From the NCBI RefSeq assembly GCF_018977255.1, contig NW_024704742.1, positions 53,322,001-53,386,000 on the forward strand: 64,000 nt of DNA, in the 5' to 3' direction. This DNA is from Callorhinchus milii. Its lineage: Eukaryota. The first letter of the stretch is position 1. Each line of letters opens with the position of its first letter. Of this stretch, positions 12,613 to 25,552 are shown one piece after another. Under the pieces are notes generated by a model. The model saw only the letters and a list, made by a program, of their open reading frames with translations, was not told the DNA's origin and searched no databases. Both the position numbers and the translations under genes were made by a program.

Positions 12613-14326
12613 TAGATTGTTGGAACGGGAGGGAATAAGGAGTGGGTGAAGACTTATGTGAAGAATAAACACAGGCACGGACTAGTTGGACCAAATGGCC
12701 CTTGTTGTACATTCCATGTAAATCTATGTAAATCCAGCCTCAAAACCCGAATGAGATTGATATCCTTGAGCTCCTGTTTGATATCCAGTGCCTCCTGATG
12801 GAGATGTGTACGTTATGTGAGAACAAGATTGGAGTTGGTTTCACGTCCCTATAATTGAATAGCTTGCAGATGCTCACTGTTTAGGCCCACACATGAAGAA
12901 TGGTCATGTTGGCTAGGTCCGCAAGGGTTCTGTGGAAGTACTATGTGCTCTAGTAGAAGAAAAACATGGCAGAGTGAAACATATTTAAGAGAAGAAGAGG
13001 AGGTGAGCGGAGAACATTTAAGAGAAAAATATATATCTAGGCTTGAAGTCATATGTAGATAAGTGAAAGTGAACAAGTTTCAACAATATTTATGTTTTTA
13101 TAAAAGCTTGAAAATCTTTATAAAAATTGTTTCTGGCATGGGAAATGTATATTTTTCAGTATTAATGAAGAGGGTTTTTGTTTTGAGTTGGCAGCTGCTC
13201 AATGTAATGGTTCTCCATAGATCAAAAAATCCCACAAATGAACTTTGCTTAAAAGGTGCAGCAGCCCCTGCTCTCAGCTCACGATGTCAACATTTTAAGG
13301 AAGGTAAGCAGGGGAAAGGTAAGCAGGGTTTCTTTGGAGCTGAACTGGCTCCAAGGTGATATGGCTGCCAATGGAACGTCGGAATCGAGTCATCCTTCTG
13401 TGGCAGTCTTGATAGTCTGGATCCTGAGCCAGGCGGGTCTGCAGTACTCCAGGGCACAGCTGATGATAGCACAGCCCCTGGTTCATCGGCTGGACTAGAG
13501 AGACCAGTCACTGGGGGCAGGGATTCTTCCCACGAAGCCCATTTATCCCTGGTCCTAACTGAACAAGCAGTGGGAAGCTTGTCAGACAGTGCTATCAATG
13601 GCAAGCTGTGCATTTTGTCTGGTTAAATTGCAGCAGTATTTCAATGCACACTCTGGGGACCCCAAGCATTGGCTCTTGCCAACCTTGGACAAGACTCTTT
13701 GTCAATACCCTTTGGAATTAGGTAAGCAGGATGCATCGCTTTGGGGAGAGAGTGTACATTCCATTCCAAACATGGGAACTTCCATGTGTTGGTGGCATAA
13801 GTGGAACTCTCAGTCTGGTTTCTCAGTCTACTTCAGTGGCAGTTTGTGTAACATTGGCTTCTGCAAAATTGGCTGCTGCTTTCTCGTACAAAATATGCAG
13901 TCCCTACACGTCACAGCAAAATCCTGTGAAGTGCTTGAAGATATCTTCCCAACATGAAAAATGCGGTATCAAACGTTATTATTATTAACTGCATTGACAT
14001 TGCACAACTATTTTGGAGATTAGAAAAATGGAATATAAACTGTGGGACTGTACAGAATCTCTTTATGTGTTGCATACTGTTACATATTTTTGGAATGATG
14101 TCTTACATACTTCAATTACCACAGCATTTCACTCCTGTTTCCTCTCCCAGAAGACCTAGCAAAACCTGTGTCAACATCTGTAAACAATAACTCATCTGTG
14201 TGACGCCATCTCTCAACAGCAGGCAAAGCCTAGAACGAAATCCTGTTCTGCTTCTGTTTTACAGCACGCAGGCTCAAACGGGGGTAGAAACCTTGATCAG
14301 AACTTAATGTTCAATAACCTGCCGAT

Positions 14327-14578
14327 GGGAAGAAATTCCACCTGGGTCTAGATTTATCTTATTTAAGTACATTGTAGCATTTTAAAGTGCAGGATGCAGG
14401 GTTTCGCAAACTGTTGAATTAAATCTTAACTTTGAAGTCAGCTTTCTATAGTGCCACAGAAACTTACAGAAAAGTAGCTTCAAGATTAAGACTGGATTTA
14501 ATAACTTGGCAAATTGTAGATGCTCTAAGATGCTAAATAAATAGAGTAAACCTCGACCCAGGTGGAATTTCTCTACCC
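14327..14578. mobile_element. Palindromic MITE (non-autonomous DNA transposon, possibly Harbinger-type)
   Basis: Perfect 18-bp terminal inverted repeat AGAAATTCCACCTGGGTC (14331-14348) / GACCCAGGTGGAATTTCT (14555-14572), with imperfect internal symmetry. Related copies at about 6145-6333, 15115-15812 (interrupted) and 60330-60490. Confidence 0.8.
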
Positions 14579-15114
14579 GCTTATAATAGAGTCGATATTA
14601 AAAAAAGTTACAATTATACAGAACTCATTGCATTCCGAGCAACCTCTGCCCTCCCCCAAGAAAAAATATTTACCTTTGTCTAAAATAAAATACATTGTAG
14701 TTTTTTTTCTTGTGTGGTCCCCTTTCTGGGTCTCTCCTGGTGCACTTTGATTACTTGTCTATGGCCAATTGCGGAGAGCTGAGGGACCTATTAATATCTC
14801 AGCAGAGCCCTGCCTGCCGCCTGTGCTGCAGTTCGGATGTTATAATGTCAAGGGGCATGTTGCTCTTTCACTCTGTGAGGTACTTTTACCTTGCTGAGAT
14901 AAGGAGTTGCTGTTTTGGGAGAGTTTAGATGTAAATGTACTTGACGCTGAGTGTTTTTGAACAGTGTCCTGTGTTGATGTGTTAGACGCCAGGCTGGCCC
15001 ATCACTCTCTGTCCATTCTATTAAAACTACCATTGAATAATTCTCTTACCGGCCATCACACAACTATAAAACTGTTCCCCAAAACTGCTGCTCCTTGCAC
15101 CTCAATTATATTAA

Positions 15115-15812
15115 CTAAGAAATTCCATCACCATTTGGATTTACTCAATTAACGTAGCATTTTAGAGCATCCAGAATTGGCAGTTTCTTAAATAATAGCA
15201 CTTGAATTTGATATAGCACCTTATCACACTGTCAAACATCTCAAAGAGCTTCACAGGTTTTACTGTAGAGTGTAGTGATTGTGTAGTTGTAGGCAAATGT
15301 GTCAGTCAATTTACGCATAGCATTGGCCTGAAGACAGCGATGAAAGTGATTGACCTATTTTATTTGGCGGATTATTGGCCAAGACACCCAAAGAAACTCC
15401 TTTCACTCACCTGGCAGACAGGACTTCTTGTATAACATCTCATCTGAAGGAGGCCACCTCCTGCATAACTGCACTCCCCCGGCACTGCACTGGAGCATCA
15501 GCAAGACTGTGAACTCCCAATATGGACTTAAACTCACAAATCGTCTGACTCAGAGGCAAGTGTGCTACCAGCTGATCCAAGCTGACATCTATAGCCTTTA
15601 TCTTGAAGCTGGTTCTTTGTAAAATCTTTTAAAAACTTCAGAGAAATAAACTGAAAATTAAGTTTGAACTCAACAATTTACCAAATTCTGGACACTTTAC
15701 AACAGCAGCAGCAAATTACTTTTGTATAGTGCCTTTCATGTCAGGAGAACGTCCCAAAGCGCCGAACCCAACATAGATTGAGTAAATCTAGACCTAGATG
15801 GAATTTCTCCCC
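15115..15812. mobile_element. Copy of the same MITE, split by a DeuSINE-like insertion (about 15195-15590) and an L2-tail fragment (about 15700-15770)
   Basis: Left end agaaattccatc...tggatttactcaattaacgtagcattttagagcatccagaatt; right end ttgagtaaatctagacctagatggaatttctcccc. The internal pieces match 14327-14578. Confidence 0.65.
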
Positions 15813-15867
15813 AGAATTAGTAGAGAAAGCAGACGTATAAGAGAACATGAAAAGTAAATGTGCTCAC

Positions 15868-16017
15868 AGGAATCTGCCTTCTTTTCACAGTGGGTGTGTT
15901 GGATGGAGATGAGTTGGAGCTCAGAGCGTTCTCAATGTCCTGATCAAGTTGGTCCAGTTTCATGATCAGCAGCACCATGGAATCCAGCCGTGCCCGATCT
16001 CGCTCATCCCTTATTTC
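15868..16017 (-). CDS. DLC1: DLC1 internal coding exon (50 codons)
   Basis: EIRDERDRARLDSMVLLIMKLDQLDQDIENALSSNSSPSNTPTVKRRQIP is nearly identical to the recalled DLC1 segment (RDRARLDSMVLLIMKLDQLDQDIENALS). Acceptor tttcctcAG|GAA at 16018/16017, donor CCT|GTGAGC at 15868/15867. It is 150 nt and in frame with the preceding exon. Confidence 0.97.
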
Positions 16018-17364
16018 CTGAGGAAACACAATGCAGAAATACTGCTCAAAGATGTGTGCCTTATTATACATGTGTGTGAGGGGAGGGATTTGTGGGGTGG
16101 GTGGGGGGGAAGGGTTCTATAATAACTGTACAATTATTAAAGAAAAACATTGTCACACATTGTCAAATGAAAATGTAATTGAAAATTAAAGCAGTTTCCA
16201 CTCTGGAAAATCCTACTTTAGTTTGGGAGTCTTTGCTTCAGTGAGGAATGGAGGAGAGTTTTGTGCTTTAACAGCATTTCTGTGATTTCCTGGGGTTTCA
16301 AGTGGGAGGATGGTTGTAAGTGGTTTGTTCGATCCATATCAACCATTTCCACTGATGAAGCCAACAGAATTAATTCCTTGAATTATACACTGCTAATTTC
16401 TGTTCCGGTTGTACGATGAGTCAGTTTAGTTGAAGTGGAGAACCTAGATTTATTGCGCAGGCTGACTGGCAACCTCTCAACACCATCGCTCCGCATGTCT
16501 CAAGATCCTGAGGGCATATAGAAGCAATTCTAAGCTGGCAATAAGCACGCCACATTCCAGAATTAATTTACCATTCAGATTAAAGTTACACCAGAGGAAG
16601 CACGTCCACGTACAAATATATAGCAAAAACAACATAATCATATGTGTGCTTCACATATCTTGGAATGGTTTGATGGTGAGCTGGAAAGAGAGAGGAAATG
16701 ATGTTAAACATGGTTGACAAAGAAAGTTGTACAGTGTCATTTGAAGATGAGCAAAGAGGGGCAAGACTTTAAGTGCTCTGAGACGCTACGCTGCGTGGAG
16801 GCCACTACATTAGTAGAAGTTTTTGTTGTTGTTGAAAGATTGAGGTAGGGAATTCCCGACTTTCAAGGCGTGATGGATGAAAGTATGGCTGCTTGTGGTA
16901 GATCAGAGCGGACAAGGGACATGAAGAAGATCTGAACTAGCTGAATGAAGGCTATGGGTAATGAAGTGAAATGTGAAGTGATTGGAAAGGTAAAGACGTG
17001 TCAGACCTGACTGGTTTGTAGACAAAGAAAGAAGCTATTTGTTCCAGCAAAGTCCCACAAAAACACCCTGAGGTGAACAGCCAACTTAGCTGGAAAAATT
17101 TGAGTCAAAGCATTGGGAGAAGCTCCTTTCACTTTTTGAACAATATCATGGGATTTTTAGCATTTACCTGAAAAGGGAGGTAATACTGTTTTAATGTTTC
17201 AATTAAAAGATGGCACAAACGATAATGCAGTGCTCCCCCATGACTGCAATAGAGTGGGAATCTTGACTGTGAGTTTAGTATTCTCTAAAGAGAAGATTAA
17301 CTTGATTCATTTTACAGTATAATGAAATGCTGCTGAGATGGATCTCAGTATATGATCAGTGATT

Positions 17365-17710
17365 ATATGATATGACTCCATATCAATCTGCCCACTCCCT
17401 TCAGCCTGCTCCACATCCCCAGCCTGACCTGCTCCACCATTGGCAGTCGGGCCTTCAGCTTTTCTGCCCCCACCCTATGGAACTCCATCCCACATTCCCT
17501 TCGCCTCGCTCCCTCCTTTGCCTCCTTCAAGGCACGTCTCAAAACCATCCTCTTTGGCTGAGTCTTTGACCACCCTCCTTCCCCCCTGCCCTCCACCCTC
17601 CCTGATCCTGAACCCCAGCTCGGGTCCAAATCCCTGACTGTCCAGCACCTTGGGATGTCCTCCCGAGGTGAATGGTGCCACACAAATGTAATTTTGTATT
17701 GTATTGTACA
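17365..17710 (+). mobile_element. L2 LINE 3' fragment
   Basis: accattggcagtcgggccttcagcttttctgcccccaccctatggaactccatccca... encodes TIGSRAFSFSAPTLWNSIP...FKARLKTILF; tail caaatgtaattttgtattgtattg. Confidence 0.85.
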
Positions 17711-20700
17711 TTACCAAGCTAATTTAGTATAGTAACTACATTGTGCCAATGTAAACAACAACTTGATTTATATAACGTCCATCACAAAGGATACAAAGAC
17801 AGGGTTGGACACGAAGCTAGGGAGAGTGAAAGTGAAGCATGGTCAAAGAGGCAGGTTTTAAGATCAAATTTAAGATAGAGAGGGTGGCGAGATGGAGTGG
17901 TAAAGAGAGTGAGTTTCAGAGGTTAGAATGTAGTAACTAAAAGCTCAACCATCGATGGTGCTGCAGTGGGGTGGTGACGTGGTGAAACAAGCCCGAATTA
18001 ACCAAGCGGAAGGGAATAGATTTTAGTACGGCAGTAAGCATTGGAAGTGTTTATAAATATTGTTCAACTTTGTGGGAGATATAGAGCAGCTGGTGTGTGG
18101 TTTGTTGCTGGGCTGCATCTACAGATTTAGATCATGCCCAATATCCTCCCCTTCCTGGCTGAACAGACTGACAGGGATATGATTGTATGGACACCAAACA
18201 CTCTCATGCACCCCTTTATTCATGCAGCAGCCTAGCCAGTGAGTGTTGGCAGGACATTCAGCTGTACAGCCCAGCTTTGATTTTTTCTTATACGACACGT
18301 AAATACAGGATAACACTGTTCGTATACAGAGTTGAGAACGAGTTCACTTGTAGATGTTCTGTGAACCGACACTGCACTATTTAGTACAAAGCAGTGTACA
18401 GCCTGAAAATACACTGTTGAAAGGCAGCTTTTTATAAAAAAATACAGGGGTTAAATTTTAGAATTTTAATATGTTTTTGATGTGACACATTGAATGAATT
18501 GCGAAACACAAGTTTCACCTCATATAAATGCAGTTACCAACTGTGTAATTTAGTCTTTCTTTCTGCTGTTTTCATATTGATATCTTCCACTGCCTTGAGA
18601 CCTGTCAAATGCACTGCAATAGTTTTTTTGGTTCCTACACATTCCTGAGTTCCTTTACCTTGTTTTGCAATTGAATTGGACTCAGAATAGGGAAGTGAAA
18701 CATAACAGCAAGAGTAGGTAGTAAGGGCTGCGGTATCTCACAGCTTTGATGTCACCGTGTTTCTTTGAATGCAATTGTTTAAATCACTGGGAATTTTTCA
18801 GATTAAAAATTTGTTTCCTGAACTTCATCAAATGAATTTAAAAACGTAACACAATCTAATAATTATTTAGTCTGAAAATCAAGGATTTTCCAAGAAATTT
18901 GCTTGTGGTTGTTATCAAGAATGAGGTAAATTGCTCAGTGGTTAAACAAACTAAAACATGTTTATGCAATGCTAGTCAAATATTTTGTGCACGATTCCTG
19001 AAGGAGACGACTGCTCTGATTGTTTACATAATTGTTAGCAGCTCTTAACAGTCAGTTTAATAGCTAAACCCAGCCAATTAATTACTTGTATATAATCCCA
19101 CCTGTATTTGGAAATTGTGTCTTTATTATAGCTGAAGCACAGCAAGTAATCTGAAGTATATTAAAATAACAATCATTGCATTTGATACAGCACCTTATCA
19201 CTTCAAAATGTCTCAAACGCTCACAGCAGTATCTGTAAAGTGTGGGGATAATTACCATACAAATCCTTGCATTCAGCACCTTTCATGTCCCGTGTAAAGG
19301 ACGCTATATAAATGCAAGTTGTTGTTCATGTCAGGAGATTGTCTCAAAGCACTTCATAGGACTCACTGCAAAGTGTAGTGACTATGTATTTTGCAGGCAA
19401 ACATGGCAGCCAGTTTCCAGCCATGAAGTGAATGATCAAATTTCATCCGGCGGGACGAATGAAGCGGTCATCAAGATAAACTGCCTTCTCTTTTTTCGAA
19501 CAGTGCCATGGATCTCTAACATCTAACTGATGTGGGGCTAGAACCCATAACCTTCTGACTCAGAGACAAGAGTGATACCAACTAAGCCAGGTTGATGCCT
19601 AACGACTGTTTGATTGTCAATGAACATGGGGTGCAATGTGCATACAGCTGTGTCCCATAATGAGCAATGGAGAAAATAACTAATTCTTTATCTTGTTGAT
19701 ATACAGTATTGCCCTTTCACCTGCCTATGTTGAATAAGCCAGCCTCTGGAGGCTACCACAATGCTTGTTCCAATGGAGGCTAAAAGCAAAGAGCCATGTC
19801 TCGGAATCAGCACTTTTTTTAAAACAACTTTGCAGCATCCAGTCTGTCCTGCCCAACAAATTTCCATTATTGGGTCAATCATATGGCAATTAGTAGGATC
19901 CGGCTGCTTGCAGAATGGCTGTGATATTTGCCAACAAAACCAGTTACTGCACTCGGCAGTGATTACCTGTAAAGAACTATGAGCCATTTTGATGTGATAT
20001 TGTGCTGTATGAAAGGGCAGAAATTTAATTAAAAGCTCTCATAATTTTGAACATTTCTATCAAATCTCCTCTCAAAGGTTCTGGTGAGAACAGTTTCTTC
20101 AAATTTCCTCCAATCCATTGTGAATGTTTACTGTACCCTCTCCATGAACTTGACATTCTTTCTAAAGTTTTAAGTGCTCTGAGATGTTACCTTATTTGAA
20201 GAGATAAATACAACTTGTTGTAATATTGGATGCCAGAAGCTGGTCATAGTAGTCGCACTATAGCCTAACCAATGATCTTTACAGGTCTAGCTTTGCCTCT
20301 TTGCTCTTAAAATAAAATTTACATTTATATAGCACTCTTCATGTCACGAGGACATGCCAAAGCTCATATATTCTACACCCCCATCTATAAAATATTGGAT
20401 CTCGTTTGTGTGTTTTGCAGCTTTGTCAAGTTCTACATTGTTCAAGCTTTGCTTTTACGGTTTACAGACAATCTGAACTCCTCAATCAGATTACAGTATT
20501 ACTATCACTCCTGCCTATCCATTGCTCTTGATCTAATTTACTCATAGGATTAAAATTGTTCTTTTTTTTAATCAGGTATTAGCCTTAATGTACGTGAATC
20601 TCTGTCTGTAGGAAAGATTCTTATGCAAATATTTAACTCTTGTTTCTGTCCAGAAAGGCTGGATGGAATCTTAAAGGCATCTTTTTTCTTCTTTTCTTTA

Positions 20701-21965
20701 TCTTGTTTACCACTTGCTTGTCGAGACTATAAACTGCATTCTGGTGCTATTATATCCAACAGTTAATCCTTTTAAACGTTCTCATGACATTGTGGAATTT
20801 TGGTCCTTTGGAGGACACGAGAGTAAAAATACATTCCACAATGACTACAGCAGCTTGATTATAGCCATTTTCAAATGTGCACTATTTAAAGATCTCAAAG
20901 AGAGGTTTGTTTGAGAAGTGTTGACTGCTAAACTCCCTCCCCCCCACACTGCCTTTGATTATCCACGGACTGAAGCCCCCCACTTATAGGCTAGAATTTG
21001 AAATAAAGAAGAAAACATCCAGTCGCTGAAAAACCCCTTTGTGCACTGATACCTTGAGGAATGTTAGCCATCTTGTCATAGCTCTGTGAACTGCCAGTGA
21101 AGTATATTTCTAATATGACCACAAGGTCAGCTAGTTATACATGCGGGGTATCTGCGAGTTGTACAGTGGGATTTTAATGACTGTTTTGCGGAGTCCAATG
21201 TGTGTGCAGCTTGTGGTTTTGTTTCCTTTCATTTCATAGAAAAATACAGCAAATCAATTCCAAATAAAGCTACAAATGAACAATACCAATTCTTTTGAAC
21301 CATGTGTTTCGAGTGGTGCTTGTTGCCCTCTTACTGTCAAACTCCATTTCGTGCCAATTACAAACATGCCACAAAAGTGGTTAAAGTGATGACAAGTTGA
21401 TGTCTGTCCCAGATGTGCGTATCTGTCATGGATTCAATGTCTTAGCCACAGAGCACTCTCCTGCTGAGGTGCACACGCTGCTCAGCCTTAGTAGCCGATG
21501 AACAATCAAGGACCCAGCTTGACTCCAGCCCACAGAAAGGAGCTGCTTGAAGATGGGACAGTATAGGGCATGCAAGTTGTCTCTTCTCTAATAATTTAAT
21601 ATGTTCTCTAATTAGGCCCCTGCAGACATCATTATTCGATCTCAGATCTAAATAGATAACTCACTTTTCACATTGGGAGGATGGGGAGGATGTCTCAAAG
21701 CATTTTACAGGATTTATTGTGAAGTGTAGTGGTTATATATTTTATATAGTGTACTCGCTATAAAGGTGAATATAGCAGCCAATTTGCACACAACAATGTC
21801 CCACAAACAACCATGAACCAATTTTATTTGGGGGATTGTTGACCAGGACACTGGGAGACATTCCATCCTCTTTTCAAAAAGTCCCATGGATCTTTAACAT
21901 TTACCTGACCAGACAAAGAGGACCTCAATTTATCGCCTCATCAGAAGGATTGTACCTTCAACAAT

Positions 21966-22772
21966 GTGATGAAGTGGAGAAGCTGATCAAGCAGAAAACC
22001 AACCCTGAGGAAGCCCCTCTTTACTACATCACCATTGAGTAGACGTTTGATGTCATCAAATATGTACATATGGGGGCATGATTACATGATTAAAGGGCCA
22101 CAACGCAAATACATCAGCATCCCGACTAAAACGCTAGAATTATTCAAGCCTCTCTGTGAGAAGCGTCAGAAGAAAAGGAAGATGCCTATGATAAAGGGGG
22201 TTGTTGTGTGTCCTATTCTCAATAAAAAGTTTGCGTCTAGGGGTCAAGTTGATCTCATTGATATGCAGTTTATGTCACTCTCAAAGTTCAAGTGGATTAT
22301 GGTGTACCAGGACCATCTCACCAAGTCCTGCGTACTGAGGCCTCTCACAACCAAACGGCTGCAGAAGTAGTCTTTCAGCTCATGGACATCTTTCTTCTCC
22401 TTGGTGTGCCTGCTATTCTCCAGAGTGACAATGGGTCCCAATTTACAGCCCAAATCATTACTGAGCTAAGGCAGTTGTGGCCAAACCTCACTTTAGTTCA
22501 CGGCAATTCTTGCCACCCACGAAGTCAAGGTTCTGTTGAATGTGCCAACGGCGACATTAGGGATATGTTTGTAGCCTGGCTGTCAGATAACAACACACAG
22601 GATTGGACAGTCAGCATTAAATTTGTGCAGTTCAAAAAGAACTCTGCTCACCATTCAGGAAAAAATTGCTCCTCTTATGCTGCGAATTTGCACCCCTATT
22701 TGGCAACGAGGTGTGTGTTGACCTAACATCTTCATCACTGCCAACAGAGGTGATTTTTACACTGGAGAGTGA
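21966..22772 (+). mobile_element. Decayed rve-type DDE integrase/transposase fragment (Ginger-type, KRBA2/SCAND3-like)
   Basis: Stitching frames gives EVEKLIKQK...PLYYITIE*TFDVIKYVH...GHDYMIK...ELFKPLCEKRQKK...KGVVVCPIL...SRGQVDLIDMQ...KWIMVYQDHLTK..VLRPLTTKR/AAEVVFQLMDIFLLLGVPAILQSDNGSQF...LVHG..HPRSQGSVECANGDI..M...W...NSAHHSG. These are the characteristic D, D and E motifs of the family. There is an in-frame stop at 22040-22042 and several frameshifts. Confidence 0.88.
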
Positions 22773-25228
22773 AAATTTTACTAAAAATTTCAGAGAATTC
22801 ATGAAATCCCCAGTTTCACAACTTTACTCTAACATATATAAGATTCACTATTATTCTAGTGACATCTAGTGATAGAACATAAATAGTGCATTAAACATAG
22901 AAAATTCTGGATGTGTACAGCAGATCAAAAATAACTGGTATAAAGTTTATACAAGTACTATTGTTATTTCCTTAACAACCAATGAAAAGAATTACAGAGG
23001 ATTTTAGTGTTAATTACAAAAATAAAAGAGCTTGTATGACTTTGCATATAGTTAACCCAATCCCTGAATTGGGTGAACCATGCAAACGCATCCAGGTTTA
23101 TAAATTGTCGCAGCCCAAAGATTTCTGTGATGCCTCTCTTGTCTTTGGCAAGTTTGGAAATCTTACTCTGGGATAATTCACTGAGTACATTTCAGTGTCC
23201 TTCCAATTAGCTCTGAAAGGTCATGTCCAGTGCTCGAAAATGATCCCATCTGAGCAGGAATCCAATAAGGGGGCACCTAGGTTTTTTGATTACATTTGGA
23301 TATAACTACCAGTGGATGAAGGAAATATGACATATTTCAAAACACATTTGAACACCACTGTTTAAATTAGGAATGGAATGTATCATGTTCTTCGGATGAG
23401 ATGTTAAAATTGAGGTCTGACTGTTCAGGCCGATGTTTAAGATCCCATGGCACTATTCAGCATTGCATTTCTCCCAGTGCTTTGGCCAACAATCTCCCAA
23501 GTAGTTTGGGACATCTGTGCAAACGACCGCCAGGAAGGTGGAAGGTGAACTAGATGGACCTTGGTCTTTTTTTGTCTAGTATTTCTTATGTTCTTAAATA
23601 AAATTGGTCATTGACTTCATAGTTGTTCGTGGGAGATTGCTGTGCAAAAAATGTTTGTTACTCTTTACAGTAAATCTTGTGAAGTACTTTAAGATGTCCT
23701 CTTGACATGAAAGGTACTATATCAAATTATGTCATATATCAAATGCAAGGATTATTATTATTATTGTAATTTTGATCCCTATATCTTATAGTTGGAAAGA
23801 AAATGGGCATTTTAAAAATGAAACGCGTCATTTAAAAGCAGTACTCAAAGGGTGGAGAAAGCAAAGACCAGCCCAATGGCTTTGAGCTCTGAACTACAAT
23901 ACTGATTTACTGCCAGGGAACAGACAACCCAATTTTTTAGGCCAGCAACTGTTTGGCTGAAGCTTTCTCAACTAATAAAAATTTATAGTACAGTATTTGA
24001 CTGCTCTCACTGAAACATGTAAATTACCATACGTGGACATTCGTTTGGATTTTATTATGAGGCTATTTGTCTACAATTAAAATTAAATATTTTAGTCATA
24101 AAACTGGTGCTCTGTGATGCCCTTAAATAGGATTATTCTGATAACAGCCGATGGACAAATTGCGATCATGCTCTGCAGGGTTACTGAGAATGCCAGCTAA
24201 CTACAGCCAAGTAAGAACCTGTATTGTATTCCTGTGTGATTTATCAATTACAGAGAAGATGGATGTATGAAGATATAAACTGTATGAATGACTTCATCAT
24301 AAGTATTTATCTTCTATCAAGTTCTCTATAAGGATTCAGGGTTGTTAGATTTAGAGGTAGACACATTGAAGGAATCATGTGGGAAATTGGATGGGTTGGC
24401 TAGATGGATTGATGCTCTAATCCTGCCTGAAATTATAACATTACTTAAGTGATGAGGTCAACACCAATCATGGTGAATTTTCTTTCATTTGAAACCCTTA
24501 ATTTATGCCTCAAGGGAACTGGTAACCTTGTGGGGCAAGTGCTGTCAATGCTCTACCCTTCTTCCATACTTCATTTGTTTTACGTTGCAAAACATCTTGC
24601 TTTTAGGACTGTTTCACAGAGTGCATCAGCTTGCCATAGTGCAACAACAACAGATATCTTCCCAATGTGAAAGGTTCTGAATAAATATTGTACCTTTCAC
24701 ATTGGGAGGACATCTCAAAACGCTTCAGATTGTTAGGCTGAGCTGGAGGTGAGGGGGGGGGGGGGAGAGGTGGGGGAAACTGAAGGGAAAGGGGTAGGTT
24801 CAGTCGAAAAGATAGGTTTATGATGGTCTTTGAAGTTGTGGAAGGAGGAGACAAAGTGGAGGATAGGGTCCCAGAGCGCTTGACGAACACACACAGACAA
24901 TGAACACACACTGAAAATATAGACAAACACACTACACACACGTATACACAAGACTTAAACTGTGTAAGAGGATACTTGAAGCCAAATATTTTTATCTTCT
25001 TTCTGAGGTGGAACAATGGTTTGCACTGTTCGCAGTCACTGCCAAAATGGTATTGGTGTGAATCAAATATGTATTTCACTAGTATCAGCACAGTCTAATG
25101 CCTTTATTAACCTCCACATGTCTCCAGGCAGTAAAGACATCAATGCCATGACCTGAAGTTACAGCAATGTTGTTCAAACACCCATGTGTGTGGAATTTAA
25201 TTGAAAATGTCATGGTTTGCAATATTGT

Positions 25229-25545
25229 GGAGTCCTGTAGCTCAGTGGTTAGAGCGCTCGCTTTGCAAGCGAGAGACCCGAGTTCAATCCCAGGCAAGTC
25301 AGGGCGAAACCTTGGGCAAGTTTCCTTACTCCACACAGAGCCTAATAATAATCCCTCCAAAACCAAAAACAATAACAAATTGGTCATTTTTTATCTACGA
25401 CTGCTGGTGGGACATTGCTGTGCGCAATTGGCTGCCGCGTTCGCCCACAAATATACAGTCGATTCACTTTACAGTGTGTTCTGTGAAGCGCTTTGGGACG
25501 TCCTCCCGACGTGAAAAGCGCTATATTAAATGCAAGGATTATTAT
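25229..25545 (+). mobile_element. tRNA(Ala)-like SINE, full length, young copy
   Basis: Same head, body and tail as 8163-8476. Retains CpGs and is almost identical to 49452-49780. Confidence 0.93.
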
Positions 25546-25552
25546 AGTTTCA

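Noticed and set aside
13256..13760. GC-richer segment with several overlapping 60-120-aa ORFs
   Set aside because: No recognisable protein motif or convincing splice pair. It may be decayed transposon sequence but cannot be assigned.
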